A stretch of DNA of 64,000 nucleotides from Erysipelotrichaceae bacterium. Its GTDB lineage: Bacteria > Bacillota_I > Bacilli_A > RFN20 > DUOF01. Below the pieces are notes generated by a model, which was not told where the DNA came from, ran no database searches, and was given only the letters and a program-made list of their open reading frames with translations. Below are positions 28,545-39,165 of this stretch, one piece after another; position 1 is the first letter of the stretch, and every line of letters begins with the position of its first letter. The stretch spans positions 195,354 through 259,353 of the forward strand of contig SVBH01000001.1 in the NCBI GenBank assembly GCA_015058985.1. The letters run 5' to 3'. A program made the position numbers and the translations under genes.

Positions 28545-31500
28545 TTACACTTTTTTTGCTTTGTTAAGTTTATTTATTTTTTCTAGAATCTTGCTTAAAT
28601 TTTTACTCCAATCTTCTTTCTTTAAAATCCTTACTCTGATTTTTTCTTGTCTAAAACTTAAATTAATATTATTAGCATCAATATTGTTTACTAAATCAAA
28701 CAAATCAATTCCTATTCCATTTATCTTAGAAAAAGTTTCTGAAAGAATCACATCAACATAATCTTTATTTTCGTTAATGTTATCAAAGCAATCTTCTGTA
28801 GACAACAAATCTATCTTTTTCTTTTCTAACAACAATGAAACCGGTCTAATAATATTACCATAGTTATCTTTTATTTTAGCTTCAAGGTCATACAATTCAT
28901 CTAAAGTTTTTACTTTTTCAATATCTTTATATATTTCAAACTTATTAGCATCTTCACTTGCAAATTCAATAGGAACATAACTATCAAGTTGCATAACTGG
29001 AGGAGCTTTAACAATTTTTTTCTTTTCTGTTTTATCCATTTTCTTTTCTTTTATAGTTTCATCAAGCAAAGCCATATACATATCAATACCAACATCATCA
29101 ATAAAACCTGCTTGTTCTGCTCCTAAAATATCTCCTGCTCCTCTTATAGATAAATCTCTTAAAGCAATTTTATAACCACTTCCTAGTTCTGTAAATTCCT
29201 TGATAGCTTTAAGTCTTTTAGAAGCTATTTCTGATAATTGCTTTTTAGGTCTATACATTAAATAAGCATAAGCAATTCGATCACTTCTTCCTACTCGACC
29301 TTTTATTTGATATAGTTGCGATAAACCAAAGCAATCCGCATCATCAATAATGACAGTATTAGCATTTGGAATATCAATTCCTGATTCGATAATAGTTGTA
29401 CATAATAAAACATTTATTTCATTGTTATAGAAACTTAACATTATATCTTCAAGTTCTTCTCTATTCATTTTTCCATGACCAACTCCAACCTTAGCATTTG
29501 GAATATCTTTTGATAATTTAGAAGCCAAGCCATAAATATCACTAGTCTTATTATGTAAGAAGAAAACTTGTCCTCCTCGGCCTAATTCCCTTTCAATAAT
29601 TTCTTTAATTACTTTATCATTTCTTTCAATAATATAAGTTTGAACTGGTAATCTATCATTCGGAGGAGTTTGAATTTGAGACATTCCCCTAATTCCTACC
29701 AGTGCCATTTGCAAAGTTCTAGGAATTGGAGTTGCAGATAAAGTTAAGACATCAACATTATTTTTCATCTCTTTGAGTTTTTCTTTATGTTCTACTCCAA
29801 ACCTTTGTTCTTCGTCTACGATTAAAAGACCTAAGTCTTTAAACTTAAAATCAGAAGATAACAATCTATGTGTACCTATAATTAAATTAACGTTTCCTTT
29901 TTTTAAATCCTCAATAATCTTATTTTGTTTTTGGGCAGATACAAGTCTACTAACCAGTTCTATTCTAACTGAAAAATTTTGGAATCTTTCTAATGCTTTA
30001 TAATAATGTTGTCTAGCTAAGATTGTGGTAGGACAAATCATTGCAACTTGTTTTCCATCTTTTATTGCTTTAAAAGCCGCTCTAAAAGCAATCTCAGTTT
30101 TACCAAAACCAACATCACCACAAACAAGTCTATCCATCGGATAAGGTTTTTCCATATCAGATTTAACTTCTTTCATTGTTTTTTCTTGATCAGATGTTAA
30201 AGTATATGGAAAATCATTATCAAAATTTCTTTCAAGTTCGTCTTCTGAAGAAAAAGCAAATCCGATGCTCTTAGTTCTCTCTTGATATAATTCTAATAAT
30301 CTATCTGCAATATCACTAACTCTTTTCTTAATTCTTTCTTTTGTCTTTTGCCATTCAGTAGAATTCATCGAATTGAGTTTAGGAGTTTTGCCTTCTTGTC
30401 CTACATATTTTTTAACCAATTTAAATTGTTCTAAAGGAACATATAAATTAGAATTACCACGATATATAATATGCAGATAATCTCTATGGATATCATCAAT
30501 CTTCATCGTTTTAATTCCTATATATTGACCTATACCATGTTCTTCGTGAACAACATAATCATAAGGATTTAATTCTGAAACTGAAGATAATGCTACTGCA
30601 CTTTTAAATCTATTATATAACTTAGTTGTTTTCTTTTTAGTATTAAATAACTCATTTTGAGTTAAAAAGACTTTTTTTTCTTCTAGTAATTCAAAACCTT
30701 CATTTAAATCTTCATTTATAAAATGAATTTTCTTTTCTTTATCAAGCAAATTTTCTGCTAACCAAAGCTTAACATTTTCAATTTGATTTTCATTAGATAA
30801 ACAAATATAAATTTCATTATCCTCTAAAATATATCTAGTAACTAAAGCAGAAAATAATTTAGCGTTTCCATTGCTAGTTGTAACTTCTCTTACTGAAAAT
30901 TCTAAATCTTTACTATCTTCTTTTACATCGTTTAAATAAATTTTATTATTCGCTTTACTTAAAACATAAGATAAATCTAAATTAACACTTAAATTAGATA
31001 AGAATTCTAATTCTTCACTTTGTTCTAACATAAAATTAGTGTTTTCATCGAGCACCAAATTATAGTTAGTTTTAATTCCTTCATAAGAGCAAATAAAACT
31101 AACATCAGGATTAAAAAATTCTATGATAGAAACGCTATCAGGATTTAACAAATCATAATATCGATAGAAAACATTGTTATATTCATAATTTTTAATAGAC
31201 TCAATATGATTATTTACATTATTGATTAACTTTTCTTTTTCTTCCATAGAAGGTAATAATTTAGCTTGCTTTAATAATCTATCATTTATTTTTTCTATTC
31301 CTTGTTCAATACAAGAATCATCTAAAACAAGTTCTGATGCTGGGAGTATTGAAATCGAATCAACAAGTTCAATTGTCTTTTGTTCTGTAGCATCAAAGAA
31401 ACGAATACTTTCAATTTCATCTCCAAAAAATTCTATTCTGATAGGGTTGTTATAATTGATAGAAAAAACATCCACAATAGATCCACGATAAGCATATTCT

Positions 31501-31994
31501 AAACTTTGTTCTACTTTTAAGTTTTTCTTATAACCTAATCTTCTTAATTTATGTGTTAAATGGTTTAAATCAATTTCCTGACCAACTTTTAAATTCAAAA
31601 AGTTTTCTTCAAACATTTTTTTAGTAGGTAATTCTCTTAAGATACCTTGTGTATAAGTAACAAGTACTAAAGGTTTATCTTCTAGTAAAGATGCTAAAAT
31701 AAAAATTCTTTGAGCCTCCATTTCAGGAGATGAAGCAATACTTTCAATTCTTAAAGATTCATCAACATTAAATAAAATAGTATTATCCTCTCCAATTAAA
31801 GAGGACAAAGTTGCTCCAAATTGTTGAGCTTGATATGCATTAGGTAATACTACTAAAATCTTTTCTTTTTCACGAAAAAAAGAAGCTGCTACTAACAATG
31901 CTTGTTGCATTATTCCATCACAAACAACTCTTTTGTTTTTCTTCATTTTTAAAACTGTTTCATTTTTAACTAAAATATTTTCTAGCAGTTTCAT
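28545..31994 (-). CDS. mfd: Transcription-repair coupling factor
   Basis: 1149 aa, with a UvrB-homology N-terminus, a RecG-like SF2 helicase (GDVGFGKTE, DEEQRFG) and a TRCF domain. Confidence 0.95.
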   Translation of the reverse strand: MKLLENILVKNETVLKMKKNKRVVCDGIMQQALLVAASFFREKEKILVVLPNAYQAQQFGATLSSLIGEDNTILFNVDESLRIESIASSPEMEAQRIFILASLLEDKPLVLVTYTQGILRELPTKKMFEENFLNLKVGQEIDLNHLTHKLRRLGYKKNLKVEQSLEYAYRGSIVDVFSINYNNPIRIEFFGDEIESIRFFDATEQKTIELVDSISILPASELVLDDSCIEQGIEKINDRLLKQAKLLPSMEEKEKLINNVNNHIESIKNYEYNNVFYRYYDLLNPDSVSIIEFFNPDVSFICSYEGIKTNYNLVLDENTNFMLEQSEELEFLSNLSVNLDLSYVLSKANNKIYLNDVKEDSKDLEFSVREVTTSNGNAKLFSALVTRYILEDNEIYICLSNENQIENVKLWLAENLLDKEKKIHFINEDLNEGFELLEEKKVFLTQNELFNTKKKTTKLYNRFKSAVALSSVSELNPYDYVVHEEHGIGQYIGIKTMKIDDIHRDYLHIIYRGNSNLYVPLEQFKLVKKYVGQEGKTPKLNSMNSTEWQKTKERIKKRVSDIADRLLELYQERTKSIGFAFSSEDELERNFDNDFPYTLTSDQEKTMKEVKSDMEKPYPMDRLVCGDVGFGKTEIAFRAAFKAIKDGKQVAMICPTTILARQHYYKALERFQNFSVRIELVSRLVSAQKQNKIIEDLKKGNVNLIIGTHRLLSSDFKFKDLGLLIVDEEQRFGVEHKEKLKEMKNNVDVLTLSATPIPRTLQMALVGIRGMSQIQTPPNDRLPVQTYIIERNDKVIKEIIERELGRGGQVFFLHNKTSDIYGLASKLSKDIPNAKVGVGHGKMNREELEDIMLSFYNNEINVLLCTTIIESGIDIPNANTVIIDDADCFGLSQLYQIKGRVGRSDRIAYAYLMYRPKKQLSEIASKRLKAIKEFTELGSGYKIALRDLSIRGAGDILGAEQAGFIDDVGIDMYMALLDETIKEKKMDKTEKKKIVKAPPVMQLDSYVPIEFASEDANKFEIYKDIEKVKTLDELYDLEAKIKDNYGNIIRPVSLLLEKKKIDLLSTEDCFDNINENKDYVDVILSETFSKINGIGIDLFDLVNNIDANNINLSFRQEKIRVRILKKEDWSKNLSKILEKINKLNKAKKV

Positions 31995-31996
31995 TA

Positions 31997-32551
31997 TTAT
32001 TTCCTCTTGTTATGTAAAGTCATAACTTTATTGAAAGTCATTGATAAACTATCTTGAATAATAGAAGAAGTTTCTTTAATCATTTCATTAACCTTTTCCA
32101 TTTCTTCTTCTTTAAATTTTCCTAAAACATGACTTATAGTATTTAAACCTTTGTCAATTCCAATTCTTACTCTTTTAAAATTCTCAGTTCCTAATTCTTG
32201 AATTATACTTTTAAGACCATTATGACCACCTGAACTTCCTTTTTCTCTTATTTTAAAAGTTCCTACAGGTAAATCCAAATCATCGTGAATAACAATTATA
32301 TCTTCAGGATTTATTTTGTAAAAAGATGCAATTTTAGATACTGCTAAACCTGATAAATTCATAAATGTTTGAGGTTTAGCAATAATGAAATCTTTTCCTT
32401 TATAGTATTCACTAGATAATCCTTTTTTATCAAAAGACAGATTGTTTTGCATCATAAAATAATCAACACACATAAAACCAATATTGTGTCTTGTGTTTTC
32501 GTATTCTATTCCAGGATTTCCAAGGCCTACTATTAACTTCATCTTTTTCAC
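31997..32551 (-). CDS. pth: Peptidyl-tRNA hydrolase
   Basis: GLGNPG..Y..TRHNIGF N-terminal signature. A promoter-like TATAAT with RBS AAGGAGTG lies upstream. Confidence 0.9.
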   Translation of the reverse strand: MKKMKLIVGLGNPGIEYENTRHNIGFMCVDYFMMQNNLSFDKKGLSSEYYKGKDFIIAKPQTFMNLSGLAVSKIASFYKINPEDIIVIHDDLDLPVGTFKIREKGSSGGHNGLKSIIQELGTENFKRVRIGIDKGLNTISHVLGKFKEEEMEKVNEMIKETSSIIQDSLSMTFNKVMTLHNKRK

Positions 32552-32590
32552 TCCTTATAAAAAATTATACTTTATTTCTAAATTAGATAA

Positions 32591-32618
32591 AAGAAAAAAA
32601 GATTTGTTTCCAAATCTT
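32591..32618 (-). terminator. Intrinsic terminator of the 297-aa gene, separating it from pth
   Basis: Stem aagatttg/caaatctt with loop tttc, followed on the minus strand by a T-run. The stop codon lies within the stem. Confidence 0.55.
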
Positions 32619-33501
32619 ATTTATCTTTAACTATTTCTTCTCTTTGCATTGCTTTACTAATTTCACTTAATTTTTTATCAATCTTTGTTCCAAAGTGTAA
32701 ATCTTTAATAATATTAGAATAACCATAAACTAAGTTAGGCATAAATTTGTTAGCTAATGTAGCAATGTCTAATGGAGTCAAATTCCATCTTCTACTAATC
32801 AAATCTTCAATATCATAACTTTGAGATTTTTCTGTTTTATATAAAATCCATTTTAATTCATTAATAGTTTCTTCATCGCTTGCTAAATCCTCAAGCAATA
32901 ATTCAATATAGTATCTAAGTGCATCTAAAGCCATAGTATCAAGTTTTTGGCATCTTCTAGCTACTTCACTGACACCTACCAAACTTCTAGCACAGCTTGC
33001 TAATAACTTCTTTTTGTACAAGACATAATGCCTATCTGAAACATATTTGTTGCTAGGTTCTAAATTAACTGCCACTTTAGTCATATTAATTAAATCAATT
33101 ATTTTATAATCAAATGCAAATTCTAAAGTTTCTTCTTCAGTAGTATATAAGTTTACATCTTCTACATGAGTTAATTTTCCTTCAACATATTCTTTAAAAA
33201 CATCTAATGAATCTAAATTTAACAATCTATGTTGATTTAAATTGATTAATCCTTTTTGAAAAATATTGATATATTCAGAATCTCTAAGTTGTTTAATAGA
33301 GTTTTCAATTCTTTTTATTTTGTATAAAGCTGCTGCATATCCAATATGTTTATTTTCAAAATCTGTTTCCTTGTTGCATATAGAGATAAACTCTATTTCA
33401 TTATCTTCTATAAGTTTCTTTTGATAAACAGAAAGTTGCTTTAAATCTTTTAAAATTTCCAAATACATATTGGTGGTCTTTGTATAAAGTTTTGATTCCA
33501 T
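32617..33501 (-). CDS. Hypothetical protein (about 294 aa), no recognisable motif
   Basis: ORF with its own extended -10 promoter (TGGTATAAT, rc at 33537-33545) and its own terminator. It occupies the slot between yabG and pth where B. subtilis carries veg through ctc. Confidence 0.5.
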   Translation of the reverse strand: MESKLYTKTTNMYLEILKDLKQLSVYQKKLIEDNEIEFISICNKETDFENKHIGYAAALYKIKRIENSIKQLRDSEYINIFQKGLINLNQHRLLNLDSLDVFKEYVEGKLTHVEDVNLYTTEEETLEFAFDYKIIDLINMTKVAVNLEPSNKYVSDRHYVLYKKKLLASCARSLVGVSEVARRCQKLDTMALDALRYYIELLLEDLASDEETINELKWILYKTEKSQSYDIEDLISRRWNLTPLDIATLANKFMPNLVYGYSNIIKDLHFGTKIDKKLSEISKAMQREEIVKDK

Positions 33502-33602
33502 GAAACACACCTGCCTTTTTATTTATCGCTAGTTAAATTATACCAATTTTGGACCTTCTTTTGTGAAAATAAATCACTTATCCACAAGGGTATTTTTTTT
33601 AA

Positions 33603-34343
33603 TTATCCAATATAAATTTTTCTTGCAACACCCTTTGTATCGATGCCACCTAATCCACGTCCCTTGCTGACTGTATTTTCAAGCACTTTTTTTATATTTA
33701 AGTACTCTAGAACATGTGTATTAGCAGCTTGTATAGCAATATAACAAGGATCTAAAACATTAATATTATTCTTATCTATTCCACTAGAAAAATTAGCGCC
33801 ACTTTCAATTATTCCTTCGTAAAAAGATTGACATGCACCTGCAAAAATAATAAGTGAATCTTTATTTGGTTGATATACTCTTGCTTTTTTTACAGCATCT
33901 ATAAAATATTTGCTATTTAAATATTCTTTTTTACCATTAAACTCTCTTACTTTATCATGTCCTGTAATGACTAAAACATCAGGATTATATTTTACTAACA
34001 AATTAGTTATGTTCTTGGGTAAGTCTTCCTCTTTCATATAGATACCTATCGCTGGAATATTTTTATTCTTATAAACTTTTAAACATCGTTCTAAATAATT
34101 TTTATCTCCATCAATATGTAAAATATTTCCTCTTACCAAATCATCATTAAGCCTTAATTCTTCTGCTAAAACAAGTTTTTCATCTTGTTTATATGCAACA
34201 CTTAAATCTTCCTCATATGCATCTGCCATTAACCTTACATATTCGCCCTTTAAAATAAATAAATCGTCTTTTTTTTCTACTATCTTAAAAATAATATCAT
34301 GGTTATATTTTTTTCTAGTAACATAATCTCCTATTTTATACAA
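33603..34343 (-). CDS. yabG: Sporulation-specific protease YabG
   Basis: Strong matches to YabG blocks: VITGHD, IFAGACQS, LDP and GLGGIDTKGV. It lies downstream of ksgA as in B. subtilis. Confidence 0.85.
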   Translation of the reverse strand: MYKIGDYVTRKKYNHDIIFKIVEKKDDLFILKGEYVRLMADAYEEDLSVAYKQDEKLVLAEELRLNDDLVRGNILHIDGDKNYLERCLKVYKNKNIPAIGIYMKEEDLPKNITNLLVKYNPDVLVITGHDKVREFNGKKEYLNSKYFIDAVKKARVYQPNKDSLIIFAGACQSFYEGIIESGANFSSGIDKNNINVLDPCYIAIQAANTHVLEYLNIKKVLENTVSKGRGLGGIDTKGVARKIYIG

Positions 34344-34399
34344 AAAAACTACCTCCTATAATAATATAGTGGTAGTTTTCTTTATTGTGATTAATTTAT

Positions 34400-35239
34400 T
34401 TATTCTAAATTATTAGCAATGTTTATAAAATCGTTCAATTCTAATTCTTCTGCTCGAACATTTTCATTAATGTTAAGTTTTAATAATATTTCTTTTACCT
34501 TTTCTTTATCAAAAATTTCTAAATTGTTGATTAACTTTTTTCTTCTCATAGCAAATGAACTTCTAAGAACATTTAAAAATAATTTTTCGTTTTTTACATT
34601 TTCTTTCTTTTTATTTAAAATAAATTTAACTACACAAGAATCAACATTTGGTCTAGGAGTAAAAATATTTTTAGAAACATGTAAAGCAATATGGCAATCA
34701 CTATAATATGAGGACATAATAGAAAGATTATTATATTCTTTTCCTCCCTTTTTAGCACAAATTCTTTGACCAACTTCTTTTTGCATCATTGCAGTAACAG
34801 ATTCTATTTTTGTGCTTTCTTCAAATATCTTAATCAATATAGGAGTTGTAATATAATATGGGAGATTAGAAACAATTACTACTCTTTCGAAATCTTTAAA
34901 ATATTTTTCTACAACTTCATCTATGTTTATCTCTAAAAAATCTTGATTAATAACAGTAAAATTATCAAAATCTTTTAATTCATTATTTAATAAATCTATT
35001 AATTTTTTATCAATTTCAAACGCTACAACTTTTTTTGCTTTTAAAAGAAGCCCTTCTGTTAAAGCTCCTATTCCTGGTCCTATTTCAATAACACCCGTTT
35101 CCTTATCAATTGTCGCAGCATCTACGATTTTATCAATGATTTTATATTCAATTATAAAATTTTGGCCAAAAGATTTATTAGCATATATTCCATAATCTTT
35201 AAGTATTTGAAAAGTTCTTGAATAAGTAGCAATTCTCAT
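34400..35239 (-). CDS. rsmA: 16S rRNA (adenine1518/1519-N6)-dimethyltransferase RsmA/KsgA
   Basis: SAM-binding motif IEIGPGIGALT and NLPY catalytic motif. Confidence 0.9.
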   Translation of the reverse strand: MRIATYSRTFQILKDYGIYANKSFGQNFIIEYKIIDKIVDAATIDKETGVIEIGPGIGALTEGLLLKAKKVVAFEIDKKLIDLLNNELKDFDNFTVINQDFLEINIDEVVEKYFKDFERVVIVSNLPYYITTPILIKIFEESTKIESVTAMMQKEVGQRICAKKGGKEYNNLSIMSSYYSDCHIALHVSKNIFTPRPNVDSCVVKFILNKKKENVKNEKLFLNVLRSSFAMRRKKLINNLEIFDKEKVKEILLKLNINENVRAEELELNDFINIANNLE

Positions 35240-35240
35240 C

Positions 35241-35780
35241 TTAATCCTCCTTCCTTAAAATATTTAAAACATCTTCTTTTTTTAATCCTAACATATTAAA
35301 TTTTTTTAACAAACTCTTACCATTTGATTTATCTATGTGCAATAATTTACATATTTTTTCTCTTTTTTTTGCTGAAATTTCTTTCCCTATAAATTCTAAT
35401 TCTATCATATCTTCAATAAAGAAAGTTTGTTGTTTTTCTTTATATGTTACAACATTATTTAATGCTATTAAAACATCTTCTTTTTTAGTTTCTGCTATTC
35501 CAACTTTTTTACCTTTTATTGCTTTCTCTTTTTCAATATGACAATGCTTGCAATTTTTAATTCTTTCTTGAATAATTTGTCTAATTCTTTTCCCAGGAAA
35601 ATCAGGATCGGTCATCACAAGTATTTCCCTTGTTTTTGATAATTCTTCTATAAAACAAAGAGTATCTTTGCTTATCTCTGAACCATTGGTGATAATAATA
35701 TCCGCATCTAGAAAACTTTGTAAAAAACTTCTATCCGACTCACCTTCAACTACTATTACTTGATCAATCTTCTTTTTCAT
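35241..35780 (-). CDS. rnmV: Ribonuclease M5 (Toprim)
   Basis: Toprim N-terminus VIVVEGESD...DPDFPG. It sits between tatD and ksgA as yabF does. Confidence 0.8.
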   Translation of the reverse strand: MKKKIDQVIVVEGESDRSFLQSFLDADIIITNGSEISKDTLCFIEELSKTREILVMTDPDFPGKRIRQIIQERIKNCKHCHIEKEKAIKGKKVGIAETKKEDVLIALNNVVTYKEKQQTFFIEDMIELEFIGKEISAKKREKICKLLHIDKSNGKSLLKKFNMLGLKKEDVLNILRKED

Positions 35781-36546
35781 CTTTAATACCCAATAAATCT
35801 AAAGCATTTTGATAAGTTTTACTTTCTATGTATTCTTTAGTTTCATTTCTAAGCAAAGCTATTTGATTGACTGTATAAACAATAAACTTTGGTTCGTTCA
35901 TTTTTCCTCTTAAAGGATGAGGAGCAAGATATGGAACATCTGTCTCTACTAAAAGTTTATCAATATTTACACTTTTGGCAACCTCGTGAACTTTTTTAGC
36001 ATTCAAAAAAGTAACAGGACCTCCTAATGATATATACATACCAAGATCAACAAAATCTTTAATCATTTCTTTTGGTCCACTATAACAATGCATTACTCCC
36101 TTTGTTAAATATTCCTTGTTTTCACGTAGAATATTCAAAGTATCTTCCAAGGCATCTCTAACATGCAAAGAAATAGGTAATTTATATTTATAAGCTAATT
36201 TTATAAACTTAGCAAAATATTCCTTCTGAATACTTCTATCAACATTGTCCCAATAATAATCTAAACCAATCTCTCCAATAGCAACAACTTTTGGATTATT
36301 AATCATCTTTTCTATTTCTGCAATATAATCAATATTTAAATCCTTTAATTCTGTTGGATGCATTCCAATTGCAGCATAAACACAATGATATTTATTGGCA
36401 ATATCAATTGCTAATTTACTACTTTCAATATCATAACCTACACACAAAAATTTGCTAACTCCTGCATCAACAGCTTCTTTGATATATTTATCTAAATTAT
36501 CATATATTTTTTTGTCATTTAAATGTACATGTGAATCAAAAATCAT
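35764..36546 (-). CDS. tatD: TatD-family metal-dependent DNase/hydrolase
   Basis: N-terminus DSHVHL and the TIM-barrel hydrolase pattern. Confidence 0.85.
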   Translation of the reverse strand: MIFDSHVHLNDKKIYDNLDKYIKEAVDAGVSKFLCVGYDIESSKLAIDIANKYHCVYAAIGMHPTELKDLNIDYIAEIEKMINNPKVVAIGEIGLDYYWDNVDRSIQKEYFAKFIKLAYKYKLPISLHVRDALEDTLNILRENKEYLTKGVMHCYSGPKEMIKDFVDLGMYISLGGPVTFLNAKKVHEVAKSVNIDKLLVETDVPYLAPHPLRGKMNEPKFIVYTVNQIALLRNETKEYIESKTYQNALDLLGIKDEKED

Positions 36547-36547
36547 T

Positions 36548-37891
36548 TTATTTACCTAAGCAAAATTTAGAAAAAATTGAATCAATAATTTCATCTTGCC
36601 TTCTCTTTCCTAAAATATCCAATAAAGAATAATAACAATCTTGTAAATCAACCGCTACTAAATCAACACTTAACCCATTATCATTAGCCAAAATAGCATT
36701 ATCTAAATATTTGCTAGCTTGCTTTAATAAACCTATTTGCCTTGTATTAGACAGCATTGGTTTATTCTCATAATCTTTAGTATTAATACCTATAACTTTT
36801 ATAAGCTCATCTTTTAAAACTTGAATATTATTTTCTTTTGCAGAAACTTCAATACCAGATAAACCTGTTATATTTTCCCCTTTATCTAATTTATTTAAAA
36901 CTATTATTCTTTTCTTATTTTCAGTCATTTCTAACATCTTATAGTCTTCATCATCTAATTTATTAGTTCCATCAAAAATTAAAAGTATTACATCTGCTTT
37001 ATCGATTGCTTCTTTAGATTTACTAACTCCAATTTTTTCAACAATATCCGTTGCTTCTCTTATTCCAGCAGTATCATATAAATGAATAGTCAATCCATTT
37101 AAATTTATTTTTCCTTCAACAACATCTCTTGTAGTTCCTGCTATATCAGTAACAATTGCTTTATCTTCTTGTAACAAAACATTTAATAAACTAGATTTTC
37201 CTACATTAGGTTTTCCTACTAAAGCCACTTTGACCCCATCAGTAATTATTTTACCTAAAAAACCATCATTCAAAGTTTTATTTATTTTATCTTTTAATTT
37301 ATTCAATTGCTCTTTCAAACTAAATTGAGTAATTAAACTAGCTTCATCATATTCAGGATAATCAATATTAACCTCAATTAATGATCTAATATCTAATATA
37401 TCATCAACTAAACCATCTATAACACTTGATGTTTTTCCTTTTAAAGAACTCATAGCAACAGAAACGTTTCCTTCACTTGTAGCCATTATCATATCATGAA
37501 TTGCTTCAGCTTGAATTAAATCCAATTTTCCATTTAAATAAGCTCTCTTTGTATATTCTCCCTTTTCTGCCATTCTTGCTCCATGTTTAATAGCTTCTTT
37601 AATAATATTATTAACAATAAACATTCCACCATGACAATTTATTTCTACTAAGTTTTCACCTGTAAAACTTCTTGGAGCCCTATATATCCCAATCATTACT
37701 TCATCAATATTTTTTTTATTTTCTTTATCAACGATAAAACCATATACCATAGTATTACCAGATATATTTTTTAATTCTTTAGAAAACATTTTTTCAACTA
37801 ATTCTATAGCATTATCCCCACTTACTCTTATGATAGCTAACGCGCTATTCATTGGAGGAGTAGCTAATGCTACAATAACATCATTCATCAT
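36548..37891 (-). CDS. mnmE: tRNA modification GTPase MnmE
   Basis: G-domain motifs GKPNVGKSS and DTAG, and the C-terminal CLGK motif. RBS GAGGT lies 7 nt upstream of the ATG at 37891; the ORF track extends to 37939. Confidence 0.9.
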   Translation of the reverse strand: MMNDVIVALATPPMNSALAIIRVSGDNAIELVEKMFSKELKNISGNTMVYGFIVDKENKKNIDEVMIGIYRAPRSFTGENLVEINCHGGMFIVNNIIKEAIKHGARMAEKGEYTKRAYLNGKLDLIQAEAIHDMIMATSEGNVSVAMSSLKGKTSSVIDGLVDDILDIRSLIEVNIDYPEYDEASLITQFSLKEQLNKLKDKINKTLNDGFLGKIITDGVKVALVGKPNVGKSSLLNVLLQEDKAIVTDIAGTTRDVVEGKINLNGLTIHLYDTAGIREATDIVEKIGVSKSKEAIDKADVILLIFDGTNKLDDEDYKMLEMTENKKRIIVLNKLDKGENITGLSGIEVSAKENNIQVLKDELIKVIGINTKDYENKPMLSNTRQIGLLKQASKYLDNAILANDNGLSVDLVAVDLQDCYYSLLDILGKRRQDEIIDSIFSKFCLGK

Positions 37892-37938
37892 AATCATTAC
37901 CTCATTTTTTATTATAATACATAAAAAGAAAAAGAACA

Positions 37939-38490
37939 TTAAGTTCTTTTTTTTATTAAATCATTATCTTTTTCTAAAATGTTTTTTTGAATATAAAAAT
38001 CATCATATTCAATAAACTTCTCAATCCCCTTCTTATTAATGTTTTTTGATAATAAAACATCTCCTTCAGATAAATAAGTTTTCTCATTTAATGATAAAAA
38101 ATTTAATTTAGAATTTTTTTCAAAATATTTATTAATTTTTATAAAATTATATCCTTTATGCTTATAAAATTTACTTGCTTTAATATTTTTAGGTTCAAAT
38201 ATACCATATACTTTTTTACTTCCATCTTTAACAACAATTTCTTCAAATAAATCCAGAAGATTGCTTCCTATTTTTTTGCTTTGATAATCTTCATTAACTT
38301 CAATATTTCTTAAATAAATTAAATCATTTTTCCCATTTTCATAATATAAATGTCCTATATTTTCTTCAAATTCATTAATAACTTCTATTTTAGTATCTTT
38401 TATAATACAGAAAACATTTTTATTTTTATCATCTAAAAATAAAGCAACCTTATCACAATTATATTTTTCTTTAATGTTATCTAAAAGCAT
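37939..38490 (-). CDS. GNAT-family N-acetyltransferase
   Basis: Motif A-like QSKKIGSNLLDLFEE. Confidence 0.5.
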   Translation of the reverse strand: MLLDNIKEKYNCDKVALFLDDKNKNVFCIIKDTKIEVINEFEENIGHLYYENGKNDLIYLRNIEVNEDYQSKKIGSNLLDLFEEIVVKDGSKKVYGIFEPKNIKASKFYKHKGYNFIKINKYFEKNSKLNFLSLNEKTYLSEGDVLLSKNINKKGIEKFIEYDDFYIQKNILEKDNDLIKKRT

Positions 38491-38565
38491 AAAAAAGCAC
38501 CTCTTATGCTAACATTTTAGCAACTTGAGATGCTTTTTTGAACTCTTATTTTGGATTTTCAACTA

Positions 38566-39165
38566 TTAATCTATATATTTAATAGTTAACTGTCTTTTTA
38601 AACCTTCTCCAACACTTTCAGTTTTAATGTTTTTATATCCACTTAAAATATTATGGATAACCCTTCTTTCATCAGCAGGCATTGGATCTAAAGTGATAGT
38701 TTGTTTTGTTTTTAACACTTCATGAGCAAACTTTTTAGCCATACTTTCTAATTTTGAATATTTATTATCTTTATAATCTGCTACATTTAATAAAATTCTG
38801 AAATAAGTTCTAAAAGTATTATTAACAGCTGCTTTTACAAGTTCATTAAACATTTGTAAAGTGATTCCATTTTTTCCAATGATTAATGAATTATTATTTG
38901 TGTTTATTTCAACACTTATAATAGGATCTTTAAATTCTACTTGTACTTCACAATCTAAACCAAAATCAGTAACTATAGTTCTAATATATTCTTTAATAAA
39001 ATCGAAAACATCATCTTTTGTAAAAACTGCAATTTCTACTTTTTTAGAAAATAATCCTTTCTTTTCTTCAACAATATAATGATAAAATTCCGCTTTTTGC
39101 ATATTTAACGCTACACAAGCATCATTAACTGCTGCTTCTTCAGTCTTATTTATAAACTTTCTCAT
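38566..39165 (-). CDS. jag: Jag/KhpB RNA-binding protein (Jag_N, KH, R3H)
   Basis: C-terminal R3H motif (DPMPADERRVIHN). It lies downstream of yidC as in Firmicutes. Confidence 0.8.
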   Translation of the reverse strand: MRKFINKTEEAAVNDACVALNMQKAEFYHYIVEEKKGLFSKKVEIAVFTKDDVFDFIKEYIRTIVTDFGLDCEVQVEFKDPIISVEINTNNNSLIIGKNGITLQMFNELVKAAVNNTFRTYFRILLNVADYKDNKYSKLESMAKKFAHEVLKTKQTITLDPMPADERRVIHNILSGYKNIKTESVGEGLKRQLTIKYID

